64,000 nucleotides of DNA from the NCBI GenBank assembly GCA_041661245.1, contig JBAZUY010000001.1:64491-128490 (forward strand), given 5' to 3'. Below are positions 10,171 to 20,428 of this stretch, piece after piece. Under the pieces are notes generated by a model, which was not told the origin of the DNA, did no database searches, and saw nothing but the letters and a program-made list of their open reading frames with translations. Position 1 is the first letter of the stretch; every line of letters starts with the position of its first letter. Origin of the DNA: an archaeon. Its GTDB lineage: Archaea > Iainarchaeota > Iainarchaeia > Iainarchaeales > JAAZKV01. Made by a program: the position numbers and the translations under genes.

Positions 10171-10836
10171 ATGTTAATCGCAGGAATTGATGAAGCTGGA
10201 AGAGGCCCTTGCTTTGGCCCAATGACTATTGGAATAAGCGTAATGGAAAAAGAAACTGAGCCCATTTTGAAAAAACTTGGAGTAAGAGACTCAAAAGAGA
10301 TTTTGCCAAATAAACGAAAAGCATTAATTGAAGGAATTAAAGAAAATTGTGTTGAACACAGAGTACTAATACTTGAACCCGTTGAAATTAATGATTTAAT
10401 GACTCAGTATTCCTTAAATGAAATTGAAGCAATAAAAATCGCGTTACTAATTAATGAACTAAAATCCAAACCGGAAATAGTTTACGTGGATTCCCCTGAT
10501 GCCGTTAAAGGAGCATTTGAGAAACGAATTAGAAAATACTTGGATAAAAAACACGCTGCAATAAAAATTATCGCTGAAAACAAAGCTGATTCAAAATACA
10601 TCGTTGTTGGAGCGGCAAGTATCTTAGCAAAAGTTAAACGAGACGAAGAAATAGAACAACTATCTGAGAAATTCGGAAACATTGGATCAGGTTACCCATC
10701 AGACCCTTACACAAAAAAATTCCTTGCGGAATATGTGGAGAAGAACAGAAAACTTCCCCCCTTTTCAAGAATATTTTGGAGCACATGCACAAAAGCACTG
10801 GAACAAATAGGTTCAACACAGCAGAAATTGTTTTAA
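10171..10836 (+). CDS. rnhB: Ribonuclease HII
   Basis: IAGIDEAGRGPCFGPM active-site motif, ADSKY..VGAASILAKV, GSGYPSD. Confidence 0.9.
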   Translation: MLIAGIDEAGRGPCFGPMTIGISVMEKETEPILKKLGVRDSKEILPNKRKALIEGIKENCVEHRVLILEPVEINDLMTQYSLNEIEAIKIALLINELKSKPEIVYVDSPDAVKGAFEKRIRKYLDKKHAAIKIIAENKADSKYIVVGAASILAKVKRDEEIEQLSEKFGNIGSGYPSDPYTKKFLAEYVEKNRKLPPFSRIFWSTCTKALEQIGSTQQKLF

Positions 10837-10842
10837 TTTCTG
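10822..10842 (+). terminator. Hairpin spanning the rnhB stop codon
   Basis: cagaaatt-gtttt-aatttctg, an 8-bp perfect stem. T-rich sequence follows. Confidence 0.3.
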
Positions 10843-10949
10843 TGTGCAGTCACAACAAAAACTTTTCTAGTTTTTGAATGTCAAAATTCTACGGAATTTT
10901 TCCACAACAAAAACTATTTTGATTAAAAAAGAATAAGGCAAATATTTCT

Positions 10950-11546
10950 TTACTCGTTTTCTTTCATTGCTTCATTAACACTTTCCCCAAGAGAAGGTTT
11001 TGCTTCTTTAGAAGTTTGAACAACAGGAGTATAAGGTTCGCTAGAAACTCCCATGTGAACTTCAGCTTTCTTTTTTGCTTTACCAAAATCTTTTCCAAAG
11101 TACTCAATAAATTTAGTAGTGGTAGTAAGAGTAAAACTTCTTCCTTTAGGATCTTTTTTAATGAATCCCTCATCAAGCAATAATTTTAGATGATCATATG
11201 CTTTGTTGTTTCGATACTTCACTACAACGGATTGTGAAATTGGCTGCTTGTATGCAATAAATGCCAATGTTTTCATTACTCCCCGCGAAAACATGGAGTT
11301 TTGAGCAAATTGTTGAACGTGATCCTCGTAATCCTCTTTAACTCGCATTTGATAACCAACAGGCAACTCAACTATTTCAAGCGCACTTTTTCTAGAATTA
11401 TAAAAACTCATAAGTTCTGTCATCATTGCTTTTGTCTCAAGTCTGGATTGAGTAGCCGCAATATTATTTAGTTCATCAAGAGTAAGTGGCTTTGGGCTCA
11501 TAAAAAGAGCCGCTTCCATTATCTTTTCTTTTTCCAATCTATCCAT
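10950..11546 (-). CDS. scpB: Segregation and condensation protein B
   Basis: MEAALFMSPKPLTLDEL start and two winged-helix segments typical of ScpB. ATG 11546 is preferred over GTG 11555. Confidence 0.8.
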   Translation of the reverse strand: MDRLEKEKIMEAALFMSPKPLTLDELNNIAATQSRLETKAMMTELMSFYNSRKSALEIVELPVGYQMRVKEDYEDHVQQFAQNSMFSRGVMKTLAFIAYKQPISQSVVVKYRNNKAYDHLKLLLDEGFIKKDPKGRSFTLTTTTKFIEYFGKDFGKAKKKAEVHMGVSSEPYTPVVQTSKEAKPSLGESVNEAMKENE

Positions 11547-11667
11547 TAAAAACACTCAATCAATAACTCAATCAAACTAACTTTAGAAGAAGTTTAAAGT
11601 ATTTAAAGTTAGCCTTCAAACATAAAAAAGAAGCGTTTAATATAACAAAATACAATGTTTTAGTAGT

Positions 11668-12138
11668 ATGGCTAACGGAAAAATGACTTTCGGAGAAGCA
11701 ACCGAAACTGAAAAGGCAGAAATTGAACTAAACTGCGGGTACCCCGTTGGAGACGAAACTGTATTTATGGCTCGAGTGGGAAAAAGACCCGTAGGTTTTG
11801 TTTGGCTTGGGAAAGGAATTTGCAGAAAGATAGTTCTCTCTCCGGAAGCTAGAGGGAATGGAAACTCCGAAAAACTACTCGAATCTGCTTTAAAGTTTTA
11901 CTTTAAAAAACACAAAAATGTAAAACTCACAAGGCTTAGAATAATTTACGAAGGATTACGTAATGGGAAAAAGAGAGAAGGCTCACTTGAAAGATGGGTC
12001 CTTAGGCAAGGCGCAATACAGATGAGGACTAACGAGGGAACACACGCATTTGTCAGACCAAGACAAGGAGAAACAATAATCGCAGCAAAGAAAAGATTCC
12101 TCGCAAAACCCCCTTTAAGAAAATTACGAAGGAAATGA
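11668..12138 (+). CDS. Hypothetical protein, possibly GNAT-like
   Basis: VGFVWLG...SPEARGNGNSEKLLESAL loosely resembles acetyl-CoA motif A. Very basic C-terminus. Confidence 0.4.
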   Translation: MANGKMTFGEATETEKAEIELNCGYPVGDETVFMARVGKRPVGFVWLGKGICRKIVLSPEARGNGNSEKLLESALKFYFKKHKNVKLTRLRIIYEGLRNGKKREGSLERWVLRQGAIQMRTNEGTHAFVRPRQGETIIAAKKRFLAKPPLRKLRRK

Positions 12139-12156
12139 AAAATTTGAACTAAAAAA

Positions 12157-12426
12157 TTATTTCTTTTTGATTAAGTTCATTTCTTCCATTTTTTCTGCAA
12201 TCCAAGGAATTGCTAAAAAGAATACCAAAATTGGAACTCCAATATACCAATAACCGTCAACTACAAGCCAAAAACTTGCAATCAAAACAAGGACAATGAT
12301 TGAAATATACTTAAAATAAACAAACTCTATTTCACGAACTGATTCAAGAGCACCTTCTCTTGAAAGAAACTTTTGCTTTAAACCATTTTTTGAACTATTT
12401 TTTGTAACAATCTTTTTAGTAGCCAT
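12157..12426 (-). CDS. Small membrane protein (two predicted TM helices)
   Basis: Hydrophobic stretches ISIIVLVLIASFWLVV and IGVPILVFFLAIPWI. Confidence 0.45.
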   Translation of the reverse strand: MATKKIVTKNSSKNGLKQKFLSREGALESVREIEFVYFKYISIIVLVLIASFWLVVDGYWYIGVPILVFFLAIPWIAEKMEEMNLIKKK

Positions 12427-12480
12427 GAAGAACCAACGCGTTTGTACAATATAAAGATTACTAACTAGGTTCGGACGAAT

Positions 12481-15147
12481 TTACTCAATTAGTAAAGCCG
12501 GTTTTCCAGGGAAAGCATTCTTTGCTTTAGCTTCAGTAGAATCAGAAGCCTTAATTATTTCGATTACCCCAAATTCACTCTCAAGAACTGGTTTTGCTTC
12601 ATTTAGTACCGCAACTTCATCAAACTTTTCAAGCAACACAAAATCGTTAAATTTATTCATTGCAGTTTTAACAAAAATTGGGATTTCCCCACCGTATTTT
12701 CTCAAATCTGGATCTGAAGTAACTGCCTTAATCGCAGCACCAAAATCAGGCCGAGTATTACAAGCTTTCTTTATTACTTCAAGAGCAGTCCATTTCCACT
12801 CGGGTGCAACAAAAATCTTTACTTTTGAAACTTTAGCAATTTTTGCGAGTTCTTTTACTCTAATAATATCCGTTCGAAGATTATCCACGATTACATCAAT
12901 TCTTTCAAGATTTTCATCAATCAAACTCTCATCAAGCACTGGCCACTTTTCAAGGGAAACAAAAGTTTTGTTTCCTATTTTGTGCCACAATTCTTCAGCA
13001 ACATGTGGACAAAATGGAGAAACTAATTTTAGTAATTCTTCAAACGCACTTCTAGGAACACTATCAAATCCGGATAAATAATCAAGGAAAGTTGAAATTG
13101 CTATTACACACTTTGGATAATCAAAAGTATCCACATTCTTTGTAACATCCCGAATTGCAATATTTAATTTACTTAATGTTTTCTTATCAAGCACGCTTTT
13201 GTTAGCAGAAACTTTTTCGCTCACTCTAAAGAACTTATTAATAATTCTAAAAGCCCCGTCAACTCCTTCGTCACTCCACTCCATTTGTTTATCTGGGGAA
13301 GAAACAAACATCAAGAACAATCTTGCAGTATCAATTCCGTATTTATTTGAAATATCAGTTTGGAAAACAACATTTCCTTTTGATTTTGACATTTTTGCCC
13401 CATCTTTGTAAACGATTCCTTGATTGAATAATTTTTGGAAAGGCTCATCAAAATCAACGTAACCCAAATCTTTTAGTGCTTTGATAAAGAAACGAGCATA
13501 CATTAAGTGCATTACCGCGTGCTCTGCTCCCCCAACATATTGATCAACAGGCATCCAATATTTTGCTTTAGCAGGGTCAAAAGGTTGAGTCTTATTTTTG
13601 TTATCAGTGTACCTTAAGAAATACCAGGAAGAATCTACAAATCCGCCCATTGTATCGGTTTCTCTTTTTGCAGCGCCCCCGCACTTTGGACACTTTGTAT
13701 TAACAAAATCTGGATTTGAGTTAAGTGGATTTCCACTAACTTTAAAATCAACTGTTTCGGGCAACAGAACTGGCAAATCTTTCTCAGGAACCATTACTAC
13801 TCCGCACTTTTCGCAGTGAATTGCAGGAATTGGAGTCCCCCAATAACGTTGACGAGAAACAAGCCAATCTCTAATACTATAATTAACAACTTTTTCTCCA
13901 AAATTATTTTCAGCAAGCCAACTTGCCATTTTTGGCAAAGCTTCCCTATTGTTCATTCCTGAAAATTGTTCAGAACCGAACAGAATTCCATCTTCAATAA
14001 ATGCATCCGAGAAATCTCTTGGATTAATTTCTTTTCCATCTTTACTAATAACAAATTTTAATGGAATATTATATTTTCTTGCAAACCTAAAATCTCTTTT
14101 ATCATGTGCATCACACATTACTACCCCTGTTCCATAGAGCAGAGCAAAATTTGAAACATAAACTGGAATTTCTTCCCCATTAGCAGGGTTAATTACATAT
14201 TTTCCTGTAAAAATTCCTTCTTTTTCTTTTTCTTCATTAGTCCGATCTTCTATTTTTTCTTTAACACATTTACTTACAAATTCCTTAACCTCATTTTCAT
14301 ATTTTGTTCCGTTTACTAATTCTCCAACAATTGGACTTTCTGGAGCCACCGCAATAAAAGTAACTGAAAAAATTGTATCGCATCTTGTTGTAAAAGCTTT
14401 AAGAACTTTTGAAGAATCTTTTAATTTAAAATTAATATTTACTCCTTCACTTTTACCAATCCAATTCTTTTGCATAGTCTTAATCTTTTGAGGCCACTCT
14501 ACTTTGTCCAAATCTTCAAGCAATCTATCCGCATACTCGGTTATTTTCAAAAACCATTGTTCCATATCTTTTTGAACAACATCATTATTGCATCTCCAGC
14601 ATTTTCCACTTTCTGCTTCTTCATTAGCAAGAACGGATTGACAAGTTTCACACCAATTAACGGGGGCTTTTTTTCTAAAAGCTAAACCTTTCTCAAAGAG
14701 TTTTACAAAAAAGAATTGATTCCACTTATAATAATCAGGTTCGTGACTTGCAAGAACTCTGTCCCAGTCATAACTATTCCCCATTGCTTTTTGGTATTCC
14801 ATTATTTTCTTTATCGCACCCTCAGTGTAAACTCTTGGATGAATTCCTTCTTTTTTTGCAGCAGTTTCTGCAGGCAACCCAAAAGAATCATAACCCATTG
14901 GGTAAAGTACATTAAAATTATTCATTCTCTTAAATCTTGCAAAAATATCCCCGATAGTAAAGTTTCTAACGTGCCCCATGTGAAGAAAACTAGCACTAGG
15001 GTAAGGATACATTTCTAGAACGTAACACTTTTTCTTTGAAGAATCCTCTTTAGCAGTGAAGATTTTGCTAGTTTCCCACTCAGATTGCCACTTTCTTTCA
15101 ATTGCCAAAAAGTCAATTGCTTTAGTACTTTCTGCTTCAATTACCAT
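12481..15147 (-). CDS. leuS: Leucyl-tRNA synthetase, bacterial-type architecture
   Basis: HMGH (HIGH) and KMSKSKGN motifs. PMGYDSFGLPAE and WCETCQSVLANEE...GKCWRC resemble bacterial LeuRS rather than archaeal LeuRS. Confidence 0.95.
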   Translation of the reverse strand: MVIEAESTKAIDFLAIERKWQSEWETSKIFTAKEDSSKKKCYVLEMYPYPSASFLHMGHVRNFTIGDIFARFKRMNNFNVLYPMGYDSFGLPAETAAKKEGIHPRVYTEGAIKKIMEYQKAMGNSYDWDRVLASHEPDYYKWNQFFFVKLFEKGLAFRKKAPVNWCETCQSVLANEEAESGKCWRCNNDVVQKDMEQWFLKITEYADRLLEDLDKVEWPQKIKTMQKNWIGKSEGVNINFKLKDSSKVLKAFTTRCDTIFSVTFIAVAPESPIVGELVNGTKYENEVKEFVSKCVKEKIEDRTNEEKEKEGIFTGKYVINPANGEEIPVYVSNFALLYGTGVVMCDAHDKRDFRFARKYNIPLKFVISKDGKEINPRDFSDAFIEDGILFGSEQFSGMNNREALPKMASWLAENNFGEKVVNYSIRDWLVSRQRYWGTPIPAIHCEKCGVVMVPEKDLPVLLPETVDFKVSGNPLNSNPDFVNTKCPKCGGAAKRETDTMGGFVDSSWYFLRYTDNKNKTQPFDPAKAKYWMPVDQYVGGAEHAVMHLMYARFFIKALKDLGYVDFDEPFQKLFNQGIVYKDGAKMSKSKGNVVFQTDISNKYGIDTARLFLMFVSSPDKQMEWSDEGVDGAFRIINKFFRVSEKVSANKSVLDKKTLSKLNIAIRDVTKNVDTFDYPKCVIAISTFLDYLSGFDSVPRSAFEELLKLVSPFCPHVAEELWHKIGNKTFVSLEKWPVLDESLIDENLERIDVIVDNLRTDIIRVKELAKIAKVSKVKIFVAPEWKWTALEVIKKACNTRPDFGAAIKAVTSDPDLRKYGGEIPIFVKTAMNKFNDFVLLEKFDEVAVLNEAKPVLESEFGVIEIIKASDSTEAKAKNAFPGKPALLIE

Positions 15148-15228
15148 AAAAGAATCAGTTTAGAAAGCATTTTTAAGGGTTAAAGTAGGGGACTGAAAAA
15201 AGACTTTTTAGGAGGAACATAACCCTGC

Positions 15229-15819
15229 TTAAAGGCAAGCTTCGAGAACAACAGGTTCGATTGTTGAATTAAAATGTGGTTCTGCCCCAACGGAAACAAT
15301 CAATTTCGCGGACAATTGCTTAGCAATTTCTTTCCCTTTCTCAATCCTAACTAAATGATCTGTTTTGTCAACGAGAACAACAATCTCGCAAGCTTTTTCT
15401 TTTACAGCATTATAATCAAACTTCCAATCACAACAATTATCAAGCGCTGGTCTTGATTTACCATCTTTCAATTTACTCATGGAAGGAGTTGCCACTAAGA
15501 TTAGTTTCTTTATTTTTACTTTAATGACCGGCAACAGTTTGAGTGCTAACACCCCACCTAAGGAATGAGCAACTAAGACAGTATTTTCATTAAATTCACA
15601 ATTCTTCAAAACAAATTCAACCCATTTCCCAATATTTGGTTCGGCAGGATTTGGAAGATCTGGAGCAAAAACAACTTTTTTATTTTTTAACAAAAGCTCC
15701 TTTGTTAACCATGGCCAAAAAACACTTTTAGAATTATCTTTATAGGCATGGAAAAAAACAAACTCGGAATTACCTTCATCAGCACTTTCATTTATTCTAC
15801 GAGGAGGGATTTTATTCAT
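15229..15819 (-). CDS. Alpha/beta serine hydrolase, YdeN/RBBP9-like
   Basis: FWPWL...PDLPNP...W and nucleophile elbow AHSLGG. ATG 15819 is preferred over the upstream start at 15873. Confidence 0.7.
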   Translation of the reverse strand: MNKIPPRRINESADEGNSEFVFFHAYKDNSKSVFWPWLTKELLLKNKKVVFAPDLPNPAEPNIGKWVEFVLKNCEFNENTVLVAHSLGGVLALKLLPVIKVKIKKLILVATPSMSKLKDGKSRPALDNCCDWKFDYNAVKEKACEIVVLVDKTDHLVRIEKGKEIAKQLSAKLIVSVGAEPHFNSTIEPVVLEACL

Positions 15820-15921
15820 TCTTATCAAATAAATATGCTGAATAAGTATTTTTAAGGATTTATTGAGCCTCAAAAAACACTAAGGAAAAGGATTATATAG
15901 TAAGATTTTCTATTTCATTGC

Positions 15922-16896
15922 ATGGATAATAGACTCCCTGGAATTGCATGGATGTGCGCTTTATTTGTGTGCATTATGATTGGGGCATACTTCTTCGGAC
16001 AAACTGGAATAACTATTCAAAGCATAATGACAATAAACTCTTTTCCCTTACTAAGTGCAATTCTTTCAATTAATTTTTTAGTATTTGTAATTCTTGCATC
16101 TCTTTCACTAGCATTAATTTTAATCATTGGAAAAAAATACACATTCAAGTACGCATTATTGTTTTCAATCACAGGATACTTAATTGGAATAATACTCAGC
16201 ACAATTCTGTTCAAACAATTAGCAAATGTATTCATCCTAATGTGTTTCGGTTTAATTGCAATCCCTGCAGGAATTGTTTACATTAACAAAAGAGAAGAAG
16301 AACTAAAATATTTCAAGAAAATAAGAGCAGCATCAACTGGGGCAGGAAGAATGTTACTAATACTGGGATTAGGATTTTTCTTTACACTTTTATTCATTGG
16401 AATTACAAACCAAGCAAAATTAAAAGAAGAATTTGTTCCAGGTTTTTTACAAGTAACTATTGGAGATGGAGTTACATTAGATGACACTTTCCAAGGCCAA
16501 TTAGTGGATGCATTACTTGGCTCACAAACTCAGATGATTGACACAATACTTGGGTTTGATGAATTCAATTCATTTCAAACAAACAGTGACATTGACGGAT
16601 TAATACTAAAAGCAAAACTTGAGGCAATTAAATCAAACTTAACCAGCCAACAGACAAAAAATATTGCCTTGGCAAAACTCAAAGAACAAAATATTGATTT
16701 AGGAAAAGAATTAATTGCTAAAATTAATTTTATCAAACAAGTTAGTGATTTTGTTTGGGTTCTTTATGCAATAAGTGGCTTTTTACTTTTCACAATAATT
16801 GGAAGTGCAATTATAAAAAACCTAAGTGCAATCTTTTACACAATATTGTTTTTTGCATTTCCTGAGGTGCACATCAAAAAGGGAGAAACCGAATAG
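15922..16896 (+). CDS. Polytopic membrane protein, unknown function
   Basis: Multiple long hydrophobic segments. No family recognised. Confidence 0.6.
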   Translation: MDNRLPGIAWMCALFVCIMIGAYFFGQTGITIQSIMTINSFPLLSAILSINFLVFVILASLSLALILIIGKKYTFKYALLFSITGYLIGIILSTILFKQLANVFILMCFGLIAIPAGIVYINKREEELKYFKKIRAASTGAGRMLLILGLGFFFTLLFIGITNQAKLKEEFVPGFLQVTIGDGVTLDDTFQGQLVDALLGSQTQMIDTILGFDEFNSFQTNSDIDGLILKAKLEAIKSNLTSQQTKNIALAKLKEQNIDLGKELIAKINFIKQVSDFVWVLYAISGFLLFTIIGSAIIKNLSAIFYTILFFAFPEVHIKKGETE

Positions 16897-16965
16897 AATA
16901 CTAAGGAATAAAAACCCTCAAAGCAACAATACATAATAGGACAATAATAAGGAAGAGAGGCACAT

Positions 16966-17538
16966 ATGGACTCTAGAATAATTTTGGATGAAAAAAGTTT
17001 CAAAGCACTTTCTGCGGATTCAAGAGTGAGCATACTCAAAAACCTCGGGGAAAGAAGAAAGACACTTACTGAACTAAGCCAAAAACTTAATCTTGGAAGT
17101 TCCACAGTAAAAGAACACTGTGACATTTTGGTTAACGCGGAACTAATTAAACAGATTGATGAAGGAAGAAAATGGAAATACTACGAACTTACTTCAAAGG
17201 GAAAACAAATTACTCAACCTAACTTATTTGATGAAGTAAAAGTACTAATTGTATTATGCTTATCCACTCTTGTTGTTGGAGGATTTGTATTCTTTATTTT
17301 AATGAACTTAACAGTAATGCAATCAAGCGCAGACCAATCAATGCGAGCAAATGATTATTCAGCAGGAGAACAACTACTAAAAACCACTATGGCAGCAGGC
17401 AGTGAAATTGCCCCAGTTGCACAAATCCCTCAAGCACCGATAGTTCAAGGAATAAGCTTTGAAATATTTGCAATTAGTGTCATTGTTGCATTAATCTGCG
17501 GAATAATTCTTGGTTGGTATTTTACTAGAAAAAGATAA
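16966..17538 (+). CDS. ArsR-family HTH regulator with C-terminal TM helices
   Basis: FKALSADSRVSILKNLGERRKTLTELSQKLNLGSSTVKEHCDILVNAELI is an ArsR wHTH. Followed by two hydrophobic helices. Confidence 0.75.
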   Translation: MDSRIILDEKSFKALSADSRVSILKNLGERRKTLTELSQKLNLGSSTVKEHCDILVNAELIKQIDEGRKWKYYELTSKGKQITQPNLFDEVKVLIVLCLSTLVVGGFVFFILMNLTVMQSSADQSMRANDYSAGEQLLKTTMAAGSEIAPVAQIPQAPIVQGISFEIFAISVIVALICGIILGWYFTRKR

Positions 17539-17596
17539 TTAGAAAGCCATTAGCTCGAAATAAAGAGTAAACTAATTAACTCAGAGTTCTATTTTT

Positions 17597-18106
17597 TTAC
17601 TTAAAGAAAGCAGAAATCAATAACAAAATAATTATAACTACTTCAATTCCAATGAGAACCATTGCCAGCCCTCCAAGGGTTTCAATCAACCCTCCCTTAT
17701 ACTTGTCCTCGGACAAAGGATTTTTCAGTTCAACAGAATCATTTTCAAAAACTCGCTTATCGCTAGTTTCTGAAGCACTTTCTTCGCCAACAGGATTCTC
17801 GGCAGCAATATCCACAAGAGTAGTTTTACTATAAGGCAGTACTGGGGCAGCGGCTTTTGATTTTTCGCTCAAAACAACTTTTTTCTTAACAACAACTTTC
17901 TTTACAACTTTTTTCTTCTTTACACTACCTGCAGATTTTTTTTGGACAGATTTTGCTTGAGGCTTAGTTGAATCAGTTTTTGTTTGAACACTAACCACAG
18001 TTGATTTTGTTTGATTCGAAGTGGAATCAGTGGATTTCTTTTTATCCCCAAGTTCAAGTGCTATTTGATTAGCTTCTTTAAGTGCATCATTACTCTCTTC
18101 AGCCAT
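17597..18106 (-). CDS. Lys-rich low-complexity protein with C-terminal TM anchor
   Basis: KKKKVVKKVVVKKKVV tract and C-terminal LGGLAMVLIGIEVVIIILLLISAFF. Confidence 0.5.
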   Translation of the reverse strand: MAEESNDALKEANQIALELGDKKKSTDSTSNQTKSTVVSVQTKTDSTKPQAKSVQKKSAGSVKKKKVVKKVVVKKKVVLSEKSKAAAPVLPYSKTTLVDIAAENPVGEESASETSDKRVFENDSVELKNPLSEDKYKGGLIETLGGLAMVLIGIEVVIIILLLISAFFK

Positions 18107-18225
18107 AATAAAAATTATGCCATTGCCCCCTTAAATACCTTTTCATTACCCTGCAATTACTTCAAGTTAGGAGGAAAGAATAAAAACCGTTTACCCATTG
18201 ATTTCACTACACCGAGTGAGCAAAA

Positions 18226-19143
18226 ATGACTACTTACGATATTGTAATAATTGGGGCTGGACCTGCAGGACTGACTGCGGGAATTTACTGCGCAAGATAC
18301 GGACTAAAAACAATTATTATTGAAAAAGGACTAATTGGCGGCACAGCAACTTGGGCAAATAGTATTCAAAATTACCCTGGATTTGAAGATATTTCAGGAA
18401 TGGAACTAATGGGGAAATTTAAAGAACAAGCCCAGAAAGCAGGAGTAGAATTTGAGCTAGATTCTGTTAATGAAATTAAGGAAAATAGAACCGAAAAAGA
18501 GGTTATTCTTCAAGGAAAAATAATTACTGCAAAATCAATACTTGTTGCTGTTGGAGCAAAAAGCAAATGGCTAAAAGTTAAAGGAGAAAAAGAATACTTA
18601 AACAAAGGAGTGCATTTTTGTGCAACTTGCGACGGCCCAATGTACAATGGAAAAGAAGTAGCAGTAATTGGAAATGATAACAGAGCTGCTGAAGAAGCCA
18701 TTTATCTTGCAACTGTTACAAAAAAAGTTTATTTAATTAGTTCAAAAAAAGAATTAACTGCAGACAGCACAAAACAAGCTTCGCTTAAAGAAAAAAATGT
18801 GGAAATACTTCTAGGAACAAATGTAACAGGATTTGAAGGAAAACAAATGCTTGAAACAATACTTATAAAAAATTCTGAGGGAAAGGAAAGAAGTATTCCA
18901 GCAAACGGCGCATTCATTTACATTGGCTCTGAACCAAACACGGAGTTTGTTAATGTAAAAAAAGATGAAACCGGAAGAATAATTGTAAACGATGCAATGG
19001 AAACTAGCACAAAAGGAATATTCGCAGCAGGAGATTGTATTAAAAAAGAACTAAACCAAATCGCTACTTGCATTGGAGAAGGGGCAACAGCTGCGCACAC
19101 CGCAGCAAAATATATTCAAAACAAAGATGTTTCAAATAACTAA
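18226..19143 (+). CDS. trxB: Thioredoxin reductase-like flavoprotein (NADPH motifs degenerate)
   Basis: FAD motif IIGAGPAGLTAG, redox-active CATC, and GIFAAGDC. The second dinucleotide motif reads VIGNDNRAAEEA and the HRR motif is absent. Confidence 0.85.
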   Translation: MTTYDIVIIGAGPAGLTAGIYCARYGLKTIIIEKGLIGGTATWANSIQNYPGFEDISGMELMGKFKEQAQKAGVEFELDSVNEIKENRTEKEVILQGKIITAKSILVAVGAKSKWLKVKGEKEYLNKGVHFCATCDGPMYNGKEVAVIGNDNRAAEEAIYLATVTKKVYLISSKKELTADSTKQASLKEKNVEILLGTNVTGFEGKQMLETILIKNSEGKERSIPANGAFIYIGSEPNTEFVNVKKDETGRIIVNDAMETSTKGIFAAGDCIKKELNQIATCIGEGATAAHTAAKYIQNKDVSNN

Positions 19144-19178
19144 TAATCCAAACAATATTTTACCCGCATTCAAATCAA

Positions 19179-19670
19179 TTAGACTCTTTTTGCAGTAAAA
19201 TCTTTTTCTTTAGGATCATAATCAATTATGACTCCGCGAAGCCCCTTTTCAGTCCGCTTATCCATTAATACATCAACAGAAATCTTCTTTTTTGATTTTG
19301 ATCCTTCCACAGTAGTAATGAACTCTTCAGCAGTTTTTGTATTAGCCCCAACGAAATCAAATTCTCCCATCAAATTATTCACTATTCGCACATACTTTTT
19401 TCCTTTAACTCTCTCTAAAAGCTTTGTTACTGCGTTTTGAGAAAAAGCAACTTTAGGAGCACTCTCGAATTCTTTTATTTTCTTATTAACTTCAATTACT
19501 AGCTGATCAATTTCTTTAGGATTCAAACCGTGTGCTTGACAACCCTCTTCCAATGTTTCATATACTGAAACATGACATCCAATACAATGCAACCCTGCTT
19601 GCGCAAGAACCGGCGCAGCCTCGGGATAATTTGTCATTATGTCCCCCAAAGTATCTTTTTTTGTAATCAT
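19179..19670 (-). CDS. DUF1858 (hybrid-cluster-protein-associated redox disulfide) domain protein
   Basis: ITKKDTLGDIMTNYPEAAPVLAQAGLHCIGCHVSVYETLEEGCQAHG matches the DUF1858 CxxC pattern. ATG 19670 is preferred. Confidence 0.6.
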   Translation of the reverse strand: MITKKDTLGDIMTNYPEAAPVLAQAGLHCIGCHVSVYETLEEGCQAHGLNPKEIDQLVIEVNKKIKEFESAPKVAFSQNAVTKLLERVKGKKYVRIVNNLMGEFDFVGANTKTAEEFITTVEGSKSKKKISVDVLMDKRTEKGLRGVIIDYDPKEKDFTAKRV

Positions 19671-19762
19671 AAAAATCCCCCTAATAACATATGAATTAGT
19701 GTTCATACATGTTTATAATACTTCTCAGCAACGCAGCGGCAGAAACAATATTAAAAACCTAA

Positions 19763-20428
19763 TTAATTAACCCCAATCCTTGGACACAACTTTTTCTTAT
19801 TCAAAAAACACACTTCGCAATTTGGATTTCTTGCAGTGCAAATTGCACGCCCGTGCGAAATTAATAAACCATTAAGTTCATGCCAAACTCTTTTATCAAA
19901 TACTTGCATTAAGTCCTGCTCAATCTTGTTTTGGTTATCAAACTTTGAAAACCCCAATCTTTGAGCTAATCTCCAAACATGAGTATCAACTGCAATCCCA
20001 TTAACAATTCCTTTATTTGCAAGAACCAAGTTTGCTGTTTTCCTTCCGACCCCTGGCAACTCTATTAATTCTTCCATTTTCAAAGGAATTTTCCCTCCAT
20101 ACTTATCTCGAATTATTTTAAAACACTCAATCACTCTTTTTGCTTTCTGCTTGTAATACCCCGTTGGTTTAACTTCCTGCTCAAAAACTTTTAAATTAGC
20201 GCTTGCAAAATCATTCACCCTTTTATATTTCTTAAATAAGATACTTGTAACCTTATTCACTTGAGCATCAGTGCTTTGAGCAGAAAGAATAATTGAACAA
20301 AGCATTTGAGAATCTGTAGAATAATCCAAAAATAACAAAGGCACACTAGAATAATTTTTCTTTAACTCAGAATAAACCTTTTTAGCCCTGCTTTGTATAT
20401 CCACACTCGACATAATCACACACTTCAC
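19763..20428 (-). CDS. nth: Endonuclease III
   Basis: HhH-GPD motif LPGVGRKTANLVL and a 4Fe-4S Cys cluster C..ARNPNCEVCFLNKKKLC. The start may be ATG 20413. Confidence 0.9.
   Translation of the reverse strand: MKCVIMSSVDIQSRAKKVYSELKKNYSSVPLLFLDYSTDSQMLCSIILSAQSTDAQVNKVTSILFKKYKRVNDFASANLKVFEQEVKPTGYYKQKAKRVIECFKIIRDKYGGKIPLKMEELIELPGVGRKTANLVLANKGIVNGIAVDTHVWRLAQRLGFSKFDNQNKIEQDLMQVFDKRVWHELNGLLISHGRAICTARNPNCEVCFLNKKKLCPRIGVN

Noticed and set aside
10851-10915. 13-nt perfect direct repeat cacaacaaaaact (10851-10863 and 10903-10915) between convergent rnhB and scpB
   Set aside because: The repeat is short and A-rich in an AT-rich convergent terminator region. It most likely reflects compositional bias or termination signals, and nothing else supports a mobile element or regulatory array.
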